Positions 27,481-32,463 of a DNA stretch of 32,463 nucleotides are shown piece after piece (position 1 is the stretch's first letter; every line of letters begins with the position of its first letter). The position numbers were made by a program, and so were the translations under genes. A model generated the notes under the pieces. That model ran no database searches, was not told the origin of the DNA, and worked only from the letters and a program-made list of their open reading frames with translations. This DNA comes from an uncultured Candidatus Saccharibacteria bacterium (lineage in GTDB: Bacteria > Patescibacteriota > Minisyncoccia > Sungbacterales > SURF-37): positions 1 to 32,463 of the forward strand of contig CAYIBD010000004.1 of the NCBI GenBank assembly GCA_964361655.1. Reading direction: 5' to 3'.

Positions 27481-28083
27481 TTATCGCCCGTAATTCCGCT
27501 GGCAATCCTGGCGCATCCGGGGATCGGAAATCTCGCCGCACAAGGCCGGGTTGCGGTGAGCGGTGTTGAAGTAGCAGGAGTCGCGTTGGTTGACGTTAGC
27601 GACCTTGCGGCAGAGATTCGAATCGCCCAGGCGGCTTGCGGCATTGGCCAGGCAATTATCGCGCGGGTCAACGGCTTGAATTTTCTCGCAGGCCTCGACG
27701 CCGAGCTTTGTCGCGGCTTCGCTGTAGCATTTGTCGCGGGCTTCGGCCGGGGCCTTGGCGCAAAGATTACTATCGCCGAGCTTTACCGCCAGCATCCCGT
27801 AGCATCCGCCTTTTATGTCGGCGATTTTCACTTTATCGCAGATGGCCGGATCGCCTTTCTCCGAAGCAAACACCATCCGGCAAATGTCTTGAGCAATATA
27901 CGGGTAGGCCCCGAAGCCGCCCGAGGAATCGGAGGGCCCGGTGTAAAGCGGCAGGATATCGCAGATTTCTTTGGACGGCTCCGACCCAACTAGAATCGGA
28001 CCGCGCCTCGCAAAGTAAAACCCCCCGCCAACGCTGGCGAGAAGGAGTATAACCAGAATGACGATAAAGATGTCTTTATTCAT
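27481..28083 (-). CDS. Membrane-anchored Cys-repeat protein (12 Cys)
   Basis: N-terminal TM; about 24-aa repeats of the form C-x2-(I/V/A)-x4-5-(R)D-x-C(Y); LGDSNLC occurs twice. Confidence 0.85.
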   Translation of the reverse strand: MNKDIFIVILVILLLASVGGGFYFARRGPILVGSEPSKEICDILPLYTGPSDSSGGFGAYPYIAQDICRMVFASEKGDPAICDKVKIADIKGGCYGMLAVKLGDSNLCAKAPAEARDKCYSEAATKLGVEACEKIQAVDPRDNCLANAASRLGDSNLCRKVANVNQRDSCYFNTAHRNPALCGEISDPRMRQDCQRNYGR

Positions 28084-28139
28084 GTTAGTACCCGAGATAC
28101 GCTCCGCTATTTAATAATTGACCGAAGCCTAGGCGCTGT

Positions 28140-31100
28140 TTAGGGCAGTTGGTATTTGGCCAGGAACGCATCCAACCCGCCGGCATTGGTTTGGCCGCCC
28201 AGGCTGCCCCAGGTGTCGCCGGCGATATAGGCGCTTCGGGATGAGCGATCCACGGCAATGCCGCGGGCACTGTCCGTGGTGCCGGAGTCAAGGGTTCGCA
28301 TCCACGTTGAACTCCCACCCACTGCGTCATAGAACGCGGCAAAGGCGTCGGGCAGGCCGCCGGCACTCGAGGTGAGCTCGCCGGCCACCACTGCGTTCCG
28401 GCCATCGGAGGCCACGGCGTAGGCCACATCCTGTCCGCTAGCCCCGAACTGGCGCACCCACAAACGGTCGCCGGCAGGCGTATAGCGGGCCAGGTAAGCA
28501 TCCATGACTCCAGCGTTCACCTGGCCGGCGAGCGACCCGGTAGTGTCCCCGGCAACGTAGACGCTCGCACCATCGGCCGCAAGCCCGTAGCCGACCTCGC
28601 TCGCCGAACCACCCAGGAGCCGCGTCCATAGGCGGTTGCCGTTCGAGTCGTACTTGATGAGGAACGCATCCTCGCCTCCGGCGTAGGGCTGGCCGTCGAG
28701 CGAGTTCCGCACCCAGCCGGAAACGTAGAAGATATCGGTGCTCTCCGCGGCCACGGCCTCGGCTTTTTCACAATCGGGCGTGCCGAGAAGTTTCGTCCAG
28801 AGCTTTGCGCCGTCGGCCGCATACTTGGCGATGAGTATGTCGCAGAAGCCGGCATTGACCTGGCCATCAGGAGCGCCCTCGGTGTTTCCGACCGCATAGA
28901 CGCTGCCATTGACCGTGGGCTCCACCGCGATGCCGTAGAACTGATCGTTGGTAGCCGTGCCAATGGTTCTTGACCAAAGCTTGTTGCCGTTGGCGTCGTA
29001 CTTCACGATCACGGCATCGGTGTTCCCGCCGTGGGCATGGCCGTCAAAGGACTGGTAGGCCAGGCCAGCGGCATAGACGTTCCCGCTTACGTCAACGGTT
29101 ATGGCCTTATATGTGTCGTAGAATATGCTGCCGAGCTGGCGGGCCCAGAGGAAGTTTCCGTTCGGGTCATACTTGGCAATAAAAGCATCGGTCGAGCCAT
29201 AGCTCGTCTGGCCGGCTAGCGCACTCCCGACGTAGCCGGCGATGTAGATGTTTCCGAAGCTGTCCACGGCGGCAGCATCGGCCGAGTCGCCATACTCGAC
29301 CGCCGAAGTCCCCAATAGGCGCACCCAGCTCGGCGCCCCGCTGATTACCGGTGCCGCGATGCTGAACGGCGCGTCGCTCGAATCGGCGATGGCCTGGGCG
29401 TGGTTGGTGAAGAGCAAGCCGCCGCCCGACTTCATGTAGGGTTCAATCCGGACCACATAGGATCCGGTGCGGAAGCCGGCGGGGATGGACCAGTCAAACT
29501 TGCCGGCCTGCACCGGCGTGGTGGTCGAGAGCAGGGCGACGAGCGTTGAGGGATTCGCGCCGTCGCGGAGTTCGATTCGCGTCAGGCCGTCAAAGGGCAA
29601 TCCGGTTGATTTCCAGGTAATGGTTTGGTTGGAGCCAACCAGCCAGTTTTCACCTCCGTTCGCGGCGAGCACGGTGAGCGAGAGCGGTTCCCAGCTGAAT
29701 TGACTGCCGGAATATTTCAAGGCAATCGGTTTGCAGCCGTGGGCGAGCGGAAGCGAGGCGTAGGGGGAGTAAAAGGTCTTGTTATTGGCATCGGTCATGA
29801 GCAGCCGAGCGTTATACTCAAGCGGGATCAGGCCGCTCGAGGCGCCGGAGTAGACGAGACCCCCGATGCCGGCTGCCCGGCCTTCCTCCGGGTATTGCAC
29901 CATGTATTTCATGAGGACGTCGGAGTGCACATAGAGCATGTCCGCCACCGGCCAGATGACGAAATCACCAATATCAACCTCTGGTCCGAGGATTGAGTAG
30001 CTCGGCCGCGGGCCGCCGGCGTCAAATGGATCCACGCTGACCTTTAAGCTCCCGTCCAACCACCACCGGCCGATGGCAAATCCGTTGCCGAGGGTGAGGT
30101 AGCAGCCGCGGGAGGCAAACCATGACTGGGTGCCTCCGGCGATGATCGGCGCGGTCGAAGCCGAGACGGAGAATGTGCCGTCCGGCCCGGTAGTGAACGA
30201 GGTGCCGTTGGTTTGCGAGAAGCTCCGGATTCCGGTATTAGCCACGGGCTGGCCGGTCTTGATATCAATAATCCGGCCGCGGATGGTCACGGTCTCGGGC
30301 ATGGGCACAATAGTGAAGGTCGCATCGCTCGCGTCGCGGACGCTGGTATCACCGGCGTTTACGATTTCAATCTGGTAATCGATCCCTTGCGGGATGTCGG
30401 TCGGGATAGTCCAGACGTAGCTAAAGGAGGATCCGGTCGAGCTTGATTGGGGCGCTTGGCTCGCAATAGTGCGGTAATAGACCCCGCCTTTCAGCAGGTT
30501 GATGGTTACGGTATTGCCGGTGATGTTCGATGCGTTCCACTTGATGGTTGGTTTGGTTTGCTGCATCCAGGTTTCGCCGCCGTTGGGAGCCGTGACGGTA
30601 ACCACTGAGGTCGGCGCCGGGGGCGTCGGTGGCGGAGGCGGCGGCGTGGTTGCCACGATCGTGGTCGTTGACACCCGGAAGGTCACTGTTGAGGCGGCAT
30701 GGGAGAAGTAAGAGGTGGTGTCGTTCATGTAGGCCCGGCCAGAGACAAAGGCCATATAGCGCTTGGCAGGATCGAGCGCTGGGCCGTCATAGGTGAGCGA
30801 GCCGTCCCAGCTCCATTTTTGTTTGGCCCAGGTGGCCAGGTTCGTCCCCCACTGCGACTCATCAATAAGGTAGACGGTATGCGGCGGGGTAAAGGGCCAG
30901 CCCGTGGCAATGGTCCATTGGAAGGTTGGGGAAGTCGTGGCCACTATTTCATCCTGCTTCGGGGCAAGCACGCTGATCGCGCCCAGCCAATGTTCAGTCG
31001 CCGTTTCAGAGGCCGGGCTCTCGCCCAGGGAGTTTAGCCCGGTCACATACCAGCTATACGGCCCAACGGCATAGGACGTAGTGAGTTGGAAGTCCCATTC

Positions 31101-32463
31101 GCCCGCACTGTTTAGGCGATACCCGAACCAATCCGCGCCGCCCGAAGTGGCTTGAAGTTTCCATGAGCCGGAAACGGTCCGGGCGCTGCCGATGCCGCTT
31201 CCGGCAATCGGCAGGTCGGTGAATTCAGCCACCCGCGTGAACGAGGCCTCGCCCGGCAATTTGGCATAGAGCCGGAGGGTCGTTACCGCATACTGGGCAA
31301 TGGTCGTGCTCGAGTAGTTGAATAGAATCCGCGGCACGAGCTTGGTTGGGGCTCCCGGCGGATCGGAGCTCGTGAAGTCAGCGCGCATCCGCGTCGGAGA
31401 AGGCGGGATCATGGTGGGCGACGGAGGAGGTGGCGTGGACGAGATGCCAATGGGCAGTGCGCCGATGTTCGCAAAGCGAATATCCCGCTGGCCGTAGGGG
31501 TCGGTGGAGAGATTGGCAATATAAGTGAAAACAATACCAATCGCTCTATTAGACAGGGCTACGGCTTCGCCGCCAAAAGGCGTATCGTCGAGAATTTTCA
31601 GCGGCTGGGACCAGGCGCCGGTATCGAGACGGTAGGCATAATACGTGCTGAAGCCCATCCGCCCGAAAACCACCGGCTTTCCGGCGTACGCAATGAGATT
31701 CACTCCGCCGTGGTTCGATCCAAGACCGGCGATGAAGGCTTGGCGGATCCACGACCTTGCATCGGGGGAAGACATGATCACCAAGCCGCCCGAGTTTGCC
31801 GAGGATGGAAATACGTAGTAGGCAAGCCAAAATTTACCGTCTGGGGTTTGAAGGAGCGATGAATCATTTGATAATTCCAGGCCGGTGGTGACGTTCACCG
31901 GCGGCTCCCAGATAGCAAGATCGCGCGAGCGGGTGATCAGCGTGTCGGCCGCAGTAGTGGTTGTCCCGGATACCGAGGCATGGTAGCTCGCATAGTAATA
32001 GCCATCGGACGCATAGATAATGTCCCCCACAGAATTATTTATCTCGGTCGGAGCAACCTTGCGCTTGTTAGCCCACGCCAGGCCATCGCTAGAGGTATAA
32101 GTCACGAGGCCGGTCTCCCCTCCCGGCGCCCAGGCCAAGAGCACCAACTGGCCATTGACTCCCTCGGTAAGTGCCATGTCATCCCAGCTTTGGACCGCAA
32201 ACGCGGGAATAGTCCAGCTCGCGCCGTTGTCGTGTGAAACGGCTCCGCGGAGAACCGCAAGGTTATTCCCGCCGGAGTTGAATACGGAGACAAGATCGCC
32301 GTTCGCACGACGGTAAACCACTGGCTCCTGGTCCGAGCAGGTGTCATAGGTGATGTACGAGAGCGGTCGCGGCGCTGAGGTATCGCAGGGCGTTGGCGTT
32401 GCACTGGGGGGCGGCGGTGGCGGCGGAGGAGGTGGAGGAACTGCTTCAGTTGTGGTTGCAGTT
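28140..32463 (-). CDS. Giant multidomain surface protein (>1440 aa, 5' end outside window): Asp-box propeller, Ig-like modules, SBBP-type propeller
   Basis: Frame stays open from 32321 to the edge (TATTTEAVPPPPPPPPPPS...). Asp-boxes SHDNGASW and SSDGLAW; two NGGE.W Ig-like domains; C-terminal DAFIAKYD.NGN.LW repeats. Confidence 0.92.
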   Translation of the reverse strand, partial: TATTTEAVPPPPPPPPPPPSATPTPCDTSAPRPLSYITYDTCSDQEPVVYRRANGDLVSVFNSGGNNLAVLRGAVSHDNGASWTIPAFAVQSWDDMALTEGVNGQLVLLAWAPGGETGLVTYTSSDGLAWANKRKVAPTEINNSVGDIIYASDGYYYASYHASVSGTTTTAADTLITRSRDLAIWEPPVNVTTGLELSNDSSLLQTPDGKFWLAYYVFPSSANSGGLVIMSSPDARSWIRQAFIAGLGSNHGGVNLIAYAGKPVVFGRMGFSTYYAYRLDTGAWSQPLKILDDTPFGGEAVALSNRAIGIVFTYIANLSTDPYGQRDIRFANIGALPIGISSTPPPPSPTMIPPSPTRMRADFTSSDPPGAPTKLVPRILFNYSSTTIAQYAVTTLRLYAKLPGEASFTRVAEFTDLPIAGSGIGSARTVSGSWKLQATSGGADWFGYRLNSAGEWDFQLTTSYAVGPYSWYVTGLNSLGESPASETATEHWLGAISVLAPKQDEIVATTSPTFQWTIATGWPFTPPHTVYLIDESQWGTNLATWAKQKWSWDGSLTYDGPALDPAKRYMAFVSGRAYMNDTTSYFSHAASTVTFRVSTTTIVATTPPPPPPTPPAPTSVVTVTAPNGGETWMQQTKPTIKWNASNITGNTVTINLLKGGVYYRTIASQAPQSSSTGSSFSYVWTIPTDIPQGIDYQIEIVNAGDTSVRDASDATFTIVPMPETVTIRGRIIDIKTGQPVANTGIRSFSQTNGTSFTTGPDGTFSVSASTAPIIAGGTQSWFASRGCYLTLGNGFAIGRWWLDGSLKVSVDPFDAGGPRPSYSILGPEVDIGDFVIWPVADMLYVHSDVLMKYMVQYPEEGRAAGIGGLVYSGASSGLIPLEYNARLLMTDANNKTFYSPYASLPLAHGCKPIALKYSGSQFSWEPLSLTVLAANGGENWLVGSNQTITWKSTGLPFDGLTRIELRDGANPSTLVALLSTTTPVQAGKFDWSIPAGFRTGSYVVRIEPYMKSGGGLLFTNHAQAIADSSDAPFSIAAPVISGAPSWVRLLGTSAVEYGDSADAAAVDSFGNIYIAGYVGSALAGQTSYGSTDAFIAKYDPNGNFLWARQLGSIFYDTYKAITVDVSGNVYAAGLAYQSFDGHAHGGNTDAVIVKYDANGNKLWSRTIGTATNDQFYGIAVEPTVNGSVYAVGNTEGAPDGQVNAGFCDILIAKYAADGAKLWTKLLGTPDCEKAEAVAAESTDIFYVSGWVRNSLDGQPYAGGEDAFLIKYDSNGNRLWTRLLGGSASEVGYGLAADGASVYVAGDTTGSLAGQVNAGVMDAYLARYTPAGDRLWVRQFGASGQDVAYAVASDGRNAVVAGELTSSAGGLPDAFAAFYDAVGGSSTWMRTLDSGTTDSARGIAVDRSSRSAYIAGDTWGSLGGQTNAGGLDAFLAKYQLP

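Noticed and set aside
32407-32440. GGC/GGA/GGT triplet run
   Set aside because: Simply encodes the poly-proline linker of the surface protein.

Overview
GC-rich chromosomal window that looks like a Patescibacteria (CPR, Parcubacteria-like) genome. This taxonomy is inferred from the short AtpH/AtpC, the cluster-less MutY and the Gmad2-GerMN, CAP, DUF1761 and Cys-repeat genes. Housekeeping content: 3' end of ychF, rpsF-ssb-rpsR, recA, ftsK, mutY, an aquaporin and a complete atpBEFHAGDC operon. These are followed by envelope and hypothetical genes and the 3' part of a giant multidomain surface protein running off the right edge. No rRNA, tRNA, CRISPR array, transposase or integrase was recognised. 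The most unusual signal is a set of small palindromic or repeat DNA elements with no mobilising enzyme in the window. (i) ACCCCG/ATCCCG-ended MITE-like elements; one adds exactly 47 in-frame codons to AtpH. (ii) REP-like hairpins with strand-asymmetric GA/GA or GAA/GAA internal loops, stacked between ssb and rpsR, at 19.4-19.6 kb, and apparently in frame inside atpA. (iii) 7-9-mer repeat hairpins and tracts at housekeeping gene junctions and inside atpG and atpD. Also found by reading beyond the ORF track: a tandem-HTH gene split by a -1 frameshift next to a perfect palindrome, a 46-aa six-cysteine peptide with its own SD and terminator, and a methyltransferase-like gene remnant.
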